From: an uncultured Gammaproteobacteria bacterium
GTDB taxonomy: Bacteria; Patescibacteriota; Microgenomatia; UBA8517
NCBI GenBank assembly: GCA_964583685.1
Contig: CAZOVJ010000002.1
Span: forward strand, 111,333-175,332
Direction of reading: 5' to 3'
Length of the DNA: 64,000 nt
Below the pieces are notes generated by a model, which was not told where the DNA came from, made no database searches, and saw only the letters and a program-made list of their open reading frames with translations. Both the position numbers and the translations under genes were made by a program. Shown one piece after another: positions 37,801 through 48,140 of the stretch; position 1 is the first letter of the stretch; every line of letters begins with the position of its first letter.

Positions 37801-39874
37801 CTTCCGGAATAGAGGCTAAAAACTTCTCCGCGTTTTGGATTACAATCTCCCTTGGCTTTGATCCTTCAGCCGGTCCAACAACACCGTTTGCCTCTAGTTG
37901 GTCAATTATCCTGGCTGCCCGGGCATATCCAATCGAAAGCCTTCTTTGGAGTAGGGAAGCAGAAGCCCGCTTATACTGACAGACAACCCTTATCGCCTCA
38001 GTAAAAAACTCATCTAAATCTCTATCTGCCCCCTGAAATTCAGAAATATTCGCTTTAGTCATGCTTGTAATCTCCTTTGTATATTGAGGAGTAACAACCT
38101 GCTTTTTCAAAAAGCCAACCAGGCTATTTATATCCTTGTCAGAAACAAAAGTACCTTGGATTCTAATTGGCTTGGCCTGGTCAGGCGGAAGGTAAAGCAT
38201 GTCACCTCTGCCCAAAAGCTTTTCTGCCCCCTGAGTATCCAGTATTACCCTTGAATCAACCTGGGAGGCAACGGCAAAGGCAATTCTACAAGGAATATTT
38301 GCTTTTATCAGCCCGGTAATAATATCCACTGAGGGACGTTGAGTTGAAAGAATCATATGAATCCCTGTTGCCCGGCTCATCTGGGCTATTCTCGTTACCG
38401 CATCCTCAACCTCTACCGGAGAAAAAAGCATGATATCTGCCAACTCGTCAACAATGAGAATAATATAGGGAAGTGCTTGAAAGCCAGACATTTCATTGTA
38501 AGTATCTATATTTCTCGCTCCTGCCTGAGAAAAAAGCTTATAGCGTCTATTCATTTCCGCCAATATCCAACGAAAAGCGGAGAGGACCTTTCCAGGGTCA
38601 ATAATGACTGGTGTAAGAAGATGGGGAATCTCATTATACCTGGTAAGCTCTACCCTTTTGGGGTCAACTAAGATAAATTTTATCTCTGAAGGTGCAGTCC
38701 TAAAAAGAAGACAGCTTAAAAGAGAGTTGATACAAACACTTTTACCCGAACCTGTCTGTCCGGCAATTAAAACATGGGGCATTTTGACAAGGTCAGCCAG
38801 AACTGGCTTTCCCGAAACATTCAGCCCTAGGGCAAGAGTCAATTTTGACTTTGCCTGGCGCATCTCATCGGAACTGAGCATTTTTCTTAAAGGAACAAAC
38901 TCCGGGGCTCTATTAGGCAGCTCAATACCAATCAGTGAACGACCAGGTACCGGAGCTTCTATCCTGATAGTTCCGGTCGGAGCAGCCAGAGCCAGAGCAA
39001 GATCTCTTTCGAGAGTGGTAATCTTGGAAAGTTTAGTCCCAAGGGCAACTTCCAAGGCATACTGGGTAACAGCCGGACCCAAATTAACCTCCACCACCCT
39101 CGCCGTTATTCCAAATGACTCCAGGGTTTTCTCAATAATGGCTGCATTTCCCTTAATGTCTCCTCTGTCTGCCTTACCACTCTTTGTATCTGTTAGGACT
39201 TCCAATGTAGGATATTTCCAAACTTTATCTTCGCCAGGAACATTGCTCACTAATTTGGGACCCAACGATTCTTTATCAGTAAGCACTGGAGCCTGTTTGA
39301 CCACAGGGCCTGGAGAAGGCCTAGAAACCCTTAGTTTACCTTTGGGAAAAACCTTGCCTAGCTTCCTGTCTCCCAAAAGGTAATGCCTAACCTGCATCAA
39401 AACCGAAGCCATCATTGTTAAGACTTGGTCAATCGAAGTATTAAAAAGGATAACCAGGCCAACTATAATTGTACCCGAAAGAACAATAAAAGCACCCACC
39501 CCGGTAATCAAATCGGCCACTCCTTCCCAAGCAGCCTTGCCCAAAATACCGGCCCGACTGATGGTCGCAATTGAAATGAAAAAGAGAAGACTTCCCACCA
39601 AAACATTAGATTGATTGAGAGGAAGCTTAAATTTAGAAAAGAGAAAGCCAAAAGATAAAAGAACAAAGGGAAGAAAAATGGTTGTCCAAGAAAGATAGGC
39701 AATTAAAAGGTCATTAAGCTCATCAAGTATTTTGCCTTGTCTGGAAAAGGAAACAATTACCAGACCAGCCAATGAAAAAAAGGTAATCTGGGCAATTGAG
39801 TAAATAGTTGCTTTTTTAAGCCTTAATTTAAAGGACCTTTTAGGAAGTCTGCCTCGTCTTTTTTTTCTAGCCAT
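37784..39874 (-). CDS. ftsK: DNA translocase FtsK/SpoIIIE
   Basis: N-terminal multi-TM region; motor domain with Walker A (LIAGQTGSGKSV) and a C-terminal gamma-like domain. Confidence 0.85.
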   Translation of the reverse strand: MARKKRRGRLPKRSFKLRLKKATIYSIAQITFFSLAGLVIVSFSRQGKILDELNDLLIAYLSWTTIFLPFVLLSFGFLFSKFKLPLNQSNVLVGSLLFFISIATISRAGILGKAAWEGVADLITGVGAFIVLSGTIIVGLVILFNTSIDQVLTMMASVLMQVRHYLLGDRKLGKVFPKGKLRVSRPSPGPVVKQAPVLTDKESLGPKLVSNVPGEDKVWKYPTLEVLTDTKSGKADRGDIKGNAAIIEKTLESFGITARVVEVNLGPAVTQYALEVALGTKLSKITTLERDLALALAAPTGTIRIEAPVPGRSLIGIELPNRAPEFVPLRKMLSSDEMRQAKSKLTLALGLNVSGKPVLADLVKMPHVLIAGQTGSGKSVCINSLLSCLLFRTAPSEIKFILVDPKRVELTRYNEIPHLLTPVIIDPGKVLSAFRWILAEMNRRYKLFSQAGARNIDTYNEMSGFQALPYIILIVDELADIMLFSPVEVEDAVTRIAQMSRATGIHMILSTQRPSVDIITGLIKANIPCRIAFAVASQVDSRVILDTQGAEKLLGRGDMLYLPPDQAKPIRIQGTFVSDKDINSLVGFLKKQVVTPQYTKEITSMTKANISEFQGADRDLDEFFTEAIRVVCQYKRASASLLQRRLSIGYARAARIIDQLEANGVVGPAEGSKPREIVIQNAEKFLASIPEDADNR

Positions 39875-39912
39875 AAATACATTATACCTAGGAATAGAAG
39901 AACCTCAAATCT

Positions 39913-41562
39913 TTAAACTTCAACTACCACCGGTAAAATCATCGGTCGGCGGCCGGTTTGTTTAAAGAATAACTTCTCCAGAAAATTAATGGCCATTTCT
40001 TTAACTAGGCGTTTGTCAATTTTTTTTCTTTTCTCAATCTTTTCTTGTAATTCTGACCCTGCCCGAAGCAGAAAGGCCTTTTCTCTCTTCTCAAAAACAA
40101 AGCCTCTACTAATTAACTCGGGAGGGGTCAAGAATTGCCGATTATTTCTATCTATCTGTATTAGAACAATGACCACTCCTTCTTTAGCCAAAATCTGTCT
40201 ATCTCGAAGGACAACATTGCCAACATCGCCAATGCCCAGCCCGTCTACTAAAACATCTTTAACTGGAATCCTCTGGCTGATTTTAGCATTTTTGTCTTTA
40301 AATTCGACCACGTCTCCGGGCATTAATTCGAAAACAGAGTCAGATTTTGCACCCATGTTTTGGGCTAGGTGCTTATAGGCTCGCATGTGTCTAATCGTTC
40401 CTCCAATCGGCAAAAAATATTTAGGCTTAATTAGGGCAAAAAGCATCTCTATATCTTTCTGGCTTCCATGGCCAGAAACATGCAAGTTTTCCTGTATATC
40501 GTAATAATGAACATCCGTATTAAGCTGGATAAGATTGTCAACAACATAATCGACATTAGCTTTTGATCCGGGTGGGGCCGGGTCAGAAGAAAAAATCACC
40601 TGGTCACCTGGTTCAATTGTGAGAAGCTCGTGTTCAGCCAAAGACAGCCTGTGTAAAGCACTACCTGGTTGCCCATAGCTTCCAGAGATAATATAGGTAA
40701 TCTTTTCCTTCCTTAGCCTTTGGGCTTGTTTGGCGGGAATAACCAATCCCGGAGAATAAGTTAGATAGCCAAGTTTCCTAGCAACACCCGCCTTGTTTTC
40801 TATAGAACGACCAATAAAGGAAACCTTGCGTCCCAAACTTTTGGCCACATTTATTGCCTGTTGTATTCTTGAAATGTTTGAGGAAATGGTGGTAAAGAAT
40901 ATTTTGCCCCTTGTTTCTCTGGCTATTTTTAAAATTCTTCTCTCTATTTGCTTTTCGCTTTCGGTATATCCTGGAGTAGTCGCACCCAGAGAATCCGAAG
41001 CCAGGGCCAAAACCCCGCCTGAAGCCAAAGCAGCCACTTTTTCGACAGCAAAAGGTTTTCCGTCAACTGGTGTCCAATCAAATTTGTAATCAGATACATG
41101 GAAAATTCGCCCTTCAGGAGTATCTATGGCAAAACCCACGCTGTCCGGAACCGAATGGCACACCCTAAAGGGAACAATCCTAAATGGCCCGATTGATAAG
41201 CTATCCTTATCCGGGTCGAAAACATTAATCTTTCGGTTTGACAATCGATAATCCTTAAACTTATCTTCAATAAAACCAGCAACCAGACGGCTTGAATAAA
41301 TTGGCACAGAAATATCTTTAAGTAAAAAAGGCAGGGCACCAAGATGGTCCTCGTGCCCATGGGAGATAAAAATAGCCTTCAGTTTTTTTGAATTTTTATA
41401 AATATAAGAAAAGTCAGGTATCAACAAATCAACCCCAAACATCTCAGATCCGGGAAAGCCCACTCCGCAGTCTAAAATAATCATATCCTCTCCATATTCA
41501 TATAGGTAGAGATTTTCGGTTACTCCTGTTGTTCCTGAGATAGCTATAAAACGTAAAGGCAT
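39913..41562 (-). CDS. rnj: Ribonuclease J (metallo-beta-lactamase/beta-CASP)
   Basis: HxHxDH motif (ISHGHEDHLGALPFLL), beta-CASP motifs, 549 aa. Confidence 0.8.
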   Translation of the reverse strand: MPLRFIAISGTTGVTENLYLYEYGEDMIILDCGVGFPGSEMFGVDLLIPDFSYIYKNSKKLKAIFISHGHEDHLGALPFLLKDISVPIYSSRLVAGFIEDKFKDYRLSNRKINVFDPDKDSLSIGPFRIVPFRVCHSVPDSVGFAIDTPEGRIFHVSDYKFDWTPVDGKPFAVEKVAALASGGVLALASDSLGATTPGYTESEKQIERRILKIARETRGKIFFTTISSNISRIQQAINVAKSLGRKVSFIGRSIENKAGVARKLGYLTYSPGLVIPAKQAQRLRKEKITYIISGSYGQPGSALHRLSLAEHELLTIEPGDQVIFSSDPAPPGSKANVDYVVDNLIQLNTDVHYYDIQENLHVSGHGSQKDIEMLFALIKPKYFLPIGGTIRHMRAYKHLAQNMGAKSDSVFELMPGDVVEFKDKNAKISQRIPVKDVLVDGLGIGDVGNVVLRDRQILAKEGVVIVLIQIDRNNRQFLTPPELISRGFVFEKREKAFLLRAGSELQEKIEKRKKIDKRLVKEMAINFLEKLFFKQTGRRPMILPVVVEV

Positions 41563-41572
41563 GATTAGAAAT

Positions 41573-42175
41573 TTATACCAGTTCCATTTGCTCTACTTCT
41601 AATTTGTCAGCTTCTTCCAAAATTTCCGGAAGATTGAGAAAATCCTCTCTTGTTTGATCCAAAATTCCCTTGTTTCGTAAGGCTGCGGCCGGATGATACA
41701 TTGGCATCAGGGTTATCTTTCTCCCCCCCCAGTTTACTATACGAGGCTTGCCATGAATACTACTAATCCGAACATTCGGTAGAAACTTAGCCATTGAAAA
41801 GCGGCCCAGAGTAACAATGATTTTGGGTTGGATAATCTCAATAATCTTATCTAGATATGGCCGGAAGGCGGCAATTTCCTTGGGAAGAGGATCTCTATTA
41901 TTTGGCGGACGAAAACAGACAACATTTGTTATAAAAACATCCCCCCGGAGCACTTTAATAGACTGAAGTAGTTGATTTAAAAGAGTACCGGCCCTACCAA
42001 CAAAAGGCCTCCCTTTTTGATCTTCCCAATATCCTGGCCCTTCGCCAATAAAAAGAATCTTAGCCTTGGGATTTCCTTCACCAAAGACGAGATTTGTTGC
42101 CTTTTCCCGAAAGGGAAGTCGCATATCAGAGGCCATTCTTTCTTTCAATTGTTTCAGTTTTTCTTTTTTATCCAT
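41573..42175 (-). CDS. Uracil-DNA glycosylase, family 4
   Basis: GEGPG motif (LFIGEGPGYWEDQKGRPFVGRAG) and the C-terminal HPAAALRN. Confidence 0.8.
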   Translation of the reverse strand: MDKKEKLKQLKERMASDMRLPFREKATNLVFGEGNPKAKILFIGEGPGYWEDQKGRPFVGRAGTLLNQLLQSIKVLRGDVFITNVVCFRPPNNRDPLPKEIAAFRPYLDKIIEIIQPKIIVTLGRFSMAKFLPNVRISSIHGKPRIVNWGGRKITLMPMYHPAAALRNKGILDQTREDFLNLPEILEEADKLEVEQMELV

Positions 42176-42180
42176 GGAGA

Positions 42181-43221
42181 TTATTGAAGTAAATATTCCT
42201 TCAGGTTCTCTCGTGTAATTCTAACACTTTGACTTTGGCCCCCAACCAGTTGCCTGGCTACCTTCCTGGTAATTCCGGCAATAGTTCTTTCAAGAGTCCT
42301 TATTCCTGCGTCAAAACCTAGAGGTCTGACTATATTTGACCAAACACCTTCGTCAAAAACCAACGTTCCTTCAGGGATACCTGCCTCTTTCATTACCTTG
42401 GGTAGGAGATAATCTTTACCTATGGTTATCTTTTCTTTGTCAGAGTAGGACGGCATGGATATTGGTTCTAATCTATCTAAAACAGCGGTGGCGATATTTG
42501 TTGTATTGTTGGCGGTGGTAATAAAAAGAACTCCGGAGAGGTCAAAGGGATAATCAATATAATGATCCACAAACGCTTGATTTTGTTCAGGGTCCAAAAG
42601 TTCAACTAAAACCCCCATTATCGAAGCCCGACCTTGGTCTGTCACCCTGTCAATTTCATCTAAAAGTATTACCGGATTTTTGCTCTGGGCAGCAGCCAAT
42701 GCCTTAATCACCTTCCCGGGTTCTGCTTCTGGGTGCATTCTAGACTGTCCTCTTAAATCAAAGGGGCTACCCATTCCTCCGAATGGAATTCGACAAAATT
42801 TTCTTCCCATCGCCTCGGCAATTGAATAAGCAACTGTCGTTTTCCCCGTCCCCACCAGGCCAACAAAGCAAAGGATTGGGGCTCGCACTAAATTCTCCCC
42901 ACTCCTTTCTTGTTTTAGTTTTATTACCGATATGTATTCTAAAATTCTATTTTTGATCTCATTTAAACCATGGTGATTCTTATCAAGAACTTTTTTAGCA
43001 TGTTCCAAATCTAAGATATCCTTTGTTCTTTTGTTCCAAGGAAGATTAGTTAACCAATTAATATAACGATTAATTCTATCAAGCTCGGGTAAGAAAGTCT
43101 GTGAATCGCTTAGTTTGGACAACTGCTCTAAGCGATTAAGAATAACTTCTGCTAGTTTCTGGGGTAGAGCAGCTGCCTTGACCTTTTGAGAAAGAACCGA
43201 TATTTGATCAATGCTATTCAC
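42181..43221 (-). CDS. Lon-like AAA+ ATPase module without the N-terminal substrate domain or the S16 peptidase domain
   Basis: 346 aa aligning to the Lon AAA+ region: INWLTNLPWNKRTKDILDLEHAKKVLDKNHHGLNEIKNRILEYISV; Walker A PILCFVGLVGTGKTT; Walker B ILLDEIDR; sensor-2 GIRTLER. The ORF stops where the Lon protease domain would begin, and no peptidase ORF follows. Confidence 0.7.
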   Translation of the reverse strand: MNSIDQISVLSQKVKAAALPQKLAEVILNRLEQLSKLSDSQTFLPELDRINRYINWLTNLPWNKRTKDILDLEHAKKVLDKNHHGLNEIKNRILEYISVIKLKQERSGENLVRAPILCFVGLVGTGKTTVAYSIAEAMGRKFCRIPFGGMGSPFDLRGQSRMHPEAEPGKVIKALAAAQSKNPVILLDEIDRVTDQGRASIMGVLVELLDPEQNQAFVDHYIDYPFDLSGVLFITTANNTTNIATAVLDRLEPISMPSYSDKEKITIGKDYLLPKVMKEAGIPEGTLVFDEGVWSNIVRPLGFDAGIRTLERTIAGITRKVARQLVGGQSQSVRITRENLKEYLLQ

Positions 43222-43242
43222 AATCTAAATATACCATGCCCT

Positions 43243-45471
43243 CTAGCGTCTAAAGCGGCCTCTAGGTTTAGGCTGTAAAAATCGACTTGTCGGAAAATGG
43301 GGCCCAGAAGAGGATTTTGTTCTAGACCTAGGTCTAGATCTGGTAAAACCTCCCTTTCTTTGATCTCTTCTTTTTCTATCCCTGCTTGCATCCATCATCA
43401 TAGAAAGATTAATTCGTCCTAAATTATCAATTTCTTTGACACGGACTTTAACCCTATCACCAATTTTCACAACCTTAGAAGGGTCATCAACAAACTTATC
43501 CGACATATCTGAAACATGAACCAGTCCCTCTTTTCCTGGCAGGATTTCAACAAAAGCGCCAAACGGCTGAATCCTCTTAACTTCACCTTCATAAATCTCC
43601 CCGGCCTTTATCTCTTTGGTAAGAGCCTCTATCTGTTGGGCAGCCGCTTTTACCTTTTCATCACTCATAGCAGAAATGTTCACCTTTCCCTCATCTTCAA
43701 CATCAATCTGAGCCCCGGTTTCAGCAATAATTTTGCGTATAATCCTGCCCCCGGGACCAATAATCTCACCAAGTTTGTCCTGAGGAACCTTGATGACTTT
43801 TATTTTCGGAGCATAATCAGAAACTTTCAAACGGGGTTTGGAAATTGCCTTAGCTAACACCTTAAAAATTTCCAAGCGTCCCTTCTTTGCCTGGTCCAAG
43901 GCCTTTTCAAGCATGGCTAGCGTCAAGTGGAGAGTTTTTACATCCATCTGTAAAGCTGTTATCCCTTTTTCTGTTCCCGCTATTTTAAAATCCATATCTC
44001 CGATCTTGTCCTCTAAGCCAGTTATATCCGATAAAATAATAAATTCCTTTTCATTTTTAATTACCAGACCCAAAGCCAGCCCAGAAACCGGACACTTAAT
44101 GGGAACACCGGCATCCATAAGGGCCAGAGTTGAGCCACAAACTGCAGCCATGGAGGTTGATCCATTCGAACTTAAAATCTCAGAAACTACTCTTACTGTA
44201 TAGGGAAACTTTTCTTCAGAAGGAATAACCGGCAAAAGAGCTTTTTCGGCCAGTGCCCCATGTCCTATCTCGCGACGTGAAGGCCAACCCAATCTTCCGG
44301 TTTCACCCAGAGAATAAGGGGGCATTGAATAATGATGAATATAGCGCTTGGTTTCCTCGCCTTCGGCCGATTCAATCAATTGCTCCAGAGAGGGAGAGCC
44401 AAGAGTAACCACCGATAAAGCCTGGGTTTTGCCCCTGGAGAAGATTGCCGAGCCATGGGTTCTGGGCAAAATTTCCACCTCTGCTCGTAATCGGCGAATC
44501 TCCTCCGGTTTTCTCCCATCCGGCCTTTTACCGGAAAAGATAAGCTTCCTCGCTTCACTGTCAAATAATTTATCAAAAATGACCTTTCCTTGAGCCTGTT
44601 CCTTGTCTGATAAGCTTTCCAGAGTTGCTTGTTTCATTATTTCATATTCTGTCACCCCCGCTTTCTTGCTAGCAATTTTTTCAATTAAGCCAGATATGTC
44701 CTTGGCTACCAACTTCTTAATTTTGCTTTGCAGAGTAGTATCAGAAACTTCTTTGGCTAAAGGTTGCTTCTTATTACCCACCTCTTGGCTAAAAGCATTG
44801 ATAAAATCAATAATTTTTCTATTCTCGCCCTGGGCATAGGAAATGGCACCTAAAACTTCGTTCTCCGTAACCTCTCTGGCCATTCCCTCGATCATAATCA
44901 CTCCATCAGCCCTACTCGTCACTACCAAATCCATATTTGAGGAAGATAGCTCTGAATCTTTAGGATTAGTAAAATAGGTCCCGTCTTTTATGCCCACCCT
45001 CACTATACCCACAGGTCCGGACCAGGGAATAGGAGAAATCGCCAGGGCAGCCAAAGTGGCAATGGCTGAAACTATATCTGGGTTGTTTTCTAAATCAACA
45101 GAAAGAACAGTAGCAATAATCTGAACCTCTTCCTTATAACTTTCAGAGAAAAGTGGCCGAATAGACCTATCAATGAATCTAGCAGTCAATATCTCGCTCT
45201 CTGAGGGCCTTCCCTCTCTTTTTACCCAACGGCTTCCCTTAATTCTGCCTCCGGCATAGAGCCTTTCTCTATACTCAACCATCAAAGGGAAATAACCCCA
45301 ATCCTCTTTTTGAGGCGAACTAACCGCTGTTACCAAAACAACAGTCTCTCCGTATGAAGCCAAAACAGCAGCAGAAGCTTGCCCAGCTACGTGCCCGGTA
45401 GAAAGGGTCAACTTTTCCCCTCCCAACTCAATAGACTTTTCTATCTTCTGGGAATTTTTTCTTTTTGACAT
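43243..45471 (-). CDS. pnp: Polyribonucleotide nucleotidyltransferase (PNPase)
   Basis: Two RNase PH-like domains, KH and S1 domains, and a C-terminal Arg-rich tail; 742 aa. Confidence 0.9.
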   Translation of the reverse strand: MSKRKNSQKIEKSIELGGEKLTLSTGHVAGQASAAVLASYGETVVLVTAVSSPQKEDWGYFPLMVEYRERLYAGGRIKGSRWVKREGRPSESEILTARFIDRSIRPLFSESYKEEVQIIATVLSVDLENNPDIVSAIATLAALAISPIPWSGPVGIVRVGIKDGTYFTNPKDSELSSSNMDLVVTSRADGVIMIEGMAREVTENEVLGAISYAQGENRKIIDFINAFSQEVGNKKQPLAKEVSDTTLQSKIKKLVAKDISGLIEKIASKKAGVTEYEIMKQATLESLSDKEQAQGKVIFDKLFDSEARKLIFSGKRPDGRKPEEIRRLRAEVEILPRTHGSAIFSRGKTQALSVVTLGSPSLEQLIESAEGEETKRYIHHYSMPPYSLGETGRLGWPSRREIGHGALAEKALLPVIPSEEKFPYTVRVVSEILSSNGSTSMAAVCGSTLALMDAGVPIKCPVSGLALGLVIKNEKEFIILSDITGLEDKIGDMDFKIAGTEKGITALQMDVKTLHLTLAMLEKALDQAKKGRLEIFKVLAKAISKPRLKVSDYAPKIKVIKVPQDKLGEIIGPGGRIIRKIIAETGAQIDVEDEGKVNISAMSDEKVKAAAQQIEALTKEIKAGEIYEGEVKRIQPFGAFVEILPGKEGLVHVSDMSDKFVDDPSKVVKIGDRVKVRVKEIDNLGRINLSMMMDASRDRKRRDQRKGGFTRSRPRSRTKSSSGPHFPTSRFLQPKPRGRFRR

Positions 45472-45740
45472 TATCTTTTCAATCCTAAGTTCTTTATCAG
45501 CTTCTTATAGCGTTGCTCATCTCGCTTGTTGAGATAACTTAAAAGCCTTCTTCTTTTAGCCACCATGTTGAGCAATCCTCGCCTTGAGTGAAGGTCTTTT
45601 TTGTGCTCATCTAAATGTTTAATAAGCCTATTAATTTGTACACTCAGAAGCGCTATCTGTACCTCCGGAGAACCAGTGTCACCCTTCTCACGAGCATACT
45701 TTTTGATAATTTTTTGCTTTTCTTGCTTCGCTAACGCCAT
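45471..45740 (-). CDS. rpsO: 30S ribosomal protein S15
   Basis: 89 aa (…[24 protein letters not shown]…), directly upstream of pnp. Confidence 0.9.
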   Translation of the reverse strand: MALAKQEKQKIIKKYAREKGDTGSPEVQIALLSVQINRLIKHLDEHKKDLHSRRGLLNMVAKRRRLLSYLNKRDEQRYKKLIKNLGLKR

Positions 45741-45870
45741 ATCGCCATGTTAAGCAAAGTAAACCGTTCCACCAACTGGCAAACGGATAAACCTTGCTTA
45801 CATCCTTCGAATAATATCACAGCTAACCTTAAAACTCAAAAAACAAAAAGAACCCACCTGGTTATCCTTC

Positions 45871-46713
45871 TTAGCTTATTGTATTTCCTTTATAGATTTT
45901 CGGTTCGAGCCAAGATTTCGGAGGCTCCTCTTTTTTATTAACTTGAGAAGTCTGTTTGGGTATTGCCCCGGCCGGAAAAACCCGGGGGTCAACCTGATGT
46001 CGAGGAGCCCTCTGACCACCTGCACGCATAAGTTCAGAGGCGATAGCAAATGTTTCTGCTGTAACTTCCGGAACTGTAAAATTCTTACTACCATGCTCGA
46101 TTCCCAGTAAAAGATTGCTAGCAATATCGGCATTAAAACTAAACCCACTTTCTTTAATTAAAGTGGCAGCCACCTCTGAAACAGAAGAGGCTGGTCTTGC
46201 CAAGGATATTATCTTGCGATTGTCAGAAGTAGAAACCGCCCTTGTTCCAATATGGACAGTTTTTGTTTCGAGAAAATCACTTGTTGAAAGGGCGGGAAAA
46301 TGCTTCTCGCTTCTCCCCCCAAAAAGGACAAGTAAATCACTGGAAACCCCACTATAGGAAAACTCAATTTGCTCCTTTTTCGGAGATGTAACACCCGCTT
46401 TTGGCGTAACCGTTAAACGAAATTCCTTGTTTTCAATATCATAACCCACTCTTTCAATATCATCTGCTCTATAGCCAACAAATCTAATTATCAAATTTTT
46501 ATTCCCTTGCTCTGAATTTATTTTGTTGACTCCAACCAGACGATTAAATTCGACCAGCATCGGGGTTGGACAAGAAATGCTCACCTCTTTTTTATCTGAA
46601 AGAAACAGATAAAACGACAGTCCAGCAGCCACCTGATCGAAAAATGGGTTTATGGGCAAGAGAATAAGAACAGACTTACTTGTATCGAGAAGGGGCTTTA
46701 AAGAATTTTCCAT
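45871..46713 (-). CDS. Hypothetical protein, possibly a degenerate DHH/DHHA1-like phosphoesterase
   Basis: 280 aa. It occupies the position between infB and rpsO where rbfA, truB or DHH nanoRNase genes sit in other bacteria. The N-terminal VLILLPINPFFDQVAAGLSFYLFLSD resembles a DHH-family N-terminus but lacks an intact DHH motif. Assignment is weak. Confidence 0.35.
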   Translation of the reverse strand: MENSLKPLLDTSKSVLILLPINPFFDQVAAGLSFYLFLSDKKEVSISCPTPMLVEFNRLVGVNKINSEQGNKNLIIRFVGYRADDIERVGYDIENKEFRLTVTPKAGVTSPKKEQIEFSYSGVSSDLLVLFGGRSEKHFPALSTSDFLETKTVHIGTRAVSTSDNRKIISLARPASSVSEVAATLIKESGFSFNADIASNLLLGIEHGSKNFTVPEVTAETFAIASELMRAGGQRAPRHQVDPRVFPAGAIPKQTSQVNKKEEPPKSWLEPKIYKGNTIS

Positions 46714-46721
46714 CTTTATCT

Positions 46722-48140
46722 CTATTTGCTCACGGATACTAACATATCACCAACTCTAAAATCAAGTTGAGGTTTAAATAACAAACCACACTCTTCTCCT
46801 GTTATAACTCTTCCAACGTTATCCTTCTGTTTTTTCATGGAAATTATTTCTACTTCTCCTAATTTTTTTTCTTGCCGCCTGAGAATCAGGTGCTCAGATT
46901 TCAAAATTCTGCCCTCCAAGACCTGGCACCCGGCAATCTTTTTGTTATCAAATGGAAAGGTCGCTACTATCTTTGCCCGGCCAGCAATTTCTTCCTTCTC
47001 CTTCTTAACCAAATCTTCTAGAAATTCAAAAAGCTCATATATGACATTGAAGTCGAAAATCGCCACCCCTTCAGTTTTTGCTAATCTTTGTATTTGGCTT
47101 GGGGTCTTAATTTTAAAAGTACAGATATCCGCTCCTCCTGACTTTGCTAAAAAGATATCAGATTGGTTAACTTCACCTATATCAGTGAACAAAAGGTTAA
47201 TTCCATCTGGAATATTAGTCAACAGGGCCTGTAAAGACCCTGTTTTGTCAGCCTTGATGAGAACGGGTATATAATCTTTTGATTTTTTGCTGGCAGAAAC
47301 AATCTTTGTCTTTTCTATTTTGGGAACAGCTTTTTGTTTTGTCCCCTTCTTTTCTAAACTGCGTATCCGAGAACCAATCTTTGGTAAAGAATCAAAACCA
47401 AGTATCTGCCCCGGGTACCCGGCCAGAATCATCTTTACTGGTTTCCCTCCCTGGAAAAGACCCCTTACCTTACAGCCAATACTATCCGTCGTTATAAGGT
47501 CATTAACCTTTAAGTGGCCACTACGTTGGATTATTGAAACGAGCAACCCACTTCTATCTTTAGATGTTTCAATAACCACCGCCTCTAATTCTTTTGAAGA
47601 ATCCGCTCCAATCTCATTTACTTCTGCCACTAAAGTTATCATTTCCAAAAGATCTTCAATTCCTTGTCCTGTTTTGGCAGAAACAGAAATTAAAGGAACA
47701 TTTCCCCCTCTTCCCTCAAAAGCAATCCCCTCTTTTTCCAGCTGATTTTTTACTGTTTCGACAGAGGCAGATTGGAGATCTGTTTTAGTTACAGCCACAA
47801 CAAAGGGAATTCTAGCTTGATTGATATAGCCGATTGCTTCCTTTGTCTGAGGTTTTACCCCGGCACCTGCTGAAACAACCAAAACGGCCATATCCGCCAC
47901 TTTTGCTCCCTGCGACCTCATTTGGGTAAAGGCAATGTGTCCGGGAGTATCTATAAAGGCAATCTTTTTTCTCTTTTTGGCGGTTACAACCGATACCCCA
48001 ATACTCTGGGTAATTCCCCCAACTTCCCGCTGGGCAACACTTGTCTTTCTTACGGCATCCAGGAGAGTTGTCTTCCCATGATCAACATGGCCTAAGACAG
48101 CAACAACCGGTGGGTGAAATTTTTTCTCATTGCTTTTCAT
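46722..48140 (-). CDS. infB: Translation initiation factor IF-2, short form lacking the N-terminal extension
   Basis: It starts directly with the G domain ([17 protein letters not shown]); 472 aa. Confidence 0.9.
   Translation of the reverse strand: MKSNEKKFHPPVVAVLGHVDHGKTTLLDAVRKTSVAQREVGGITQSIGVSVVTAKKRKKIAFIDTPGHIAFTQMRSQGAKVADMAVLVVSAGAGVKPQTKEAIGYINQARIPFVVAVTKTDLQSASVETVKNQLEKEGIAFEGRGGNVPLISVSAKTGQGIEDLLEMITLVAEVNEIGADSSKELEAVVIETSKDRSGLLVSIIQRSGHLKVNDLITTDSIGCKVRGLFQGGKPVKMILAGYPGQILGFDSLPKIGSRIRSLEKKGTKQKAVPKIEKTKIVSASKKSKDYIPVLIKADKTGSLQALLTNIPDGINLLFTDIGEVNQSDIFLAKSGGADICTFKIKTPSQIQRLAKTEGVAIFDFNVIYELFEFLEDLVKKEKEEIAGRAKIVATFPFDNKKIAGCQVLEGRILKSEHLILRRQEKKLGEVEIISMKKQKDNVGRVITGEECGLLFKPQLDFRVGDMLVSVSK

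Noticed and set aside
38604-39383. 259-aa plus-strand ORF antisense to ftsK, plus many other 60-150-aa antisense ORFs inside rpoBC, secY, fusA, infB, pnp and dnaK
   Set aside because: They sit inside strongly supported conserved genes on the opposite strand and have low-complexity or Ser/Leu/Pro-rich translations typical of antisense frames.
45741-45870. 130-nt intergenic region upstream of rpsO with a short hairpin (AACC-cacct-GGTT) and a T-rich run
   Set aside because: The stem is only 4 bp. No convincing promoter or structured RNA could be supported by eye.
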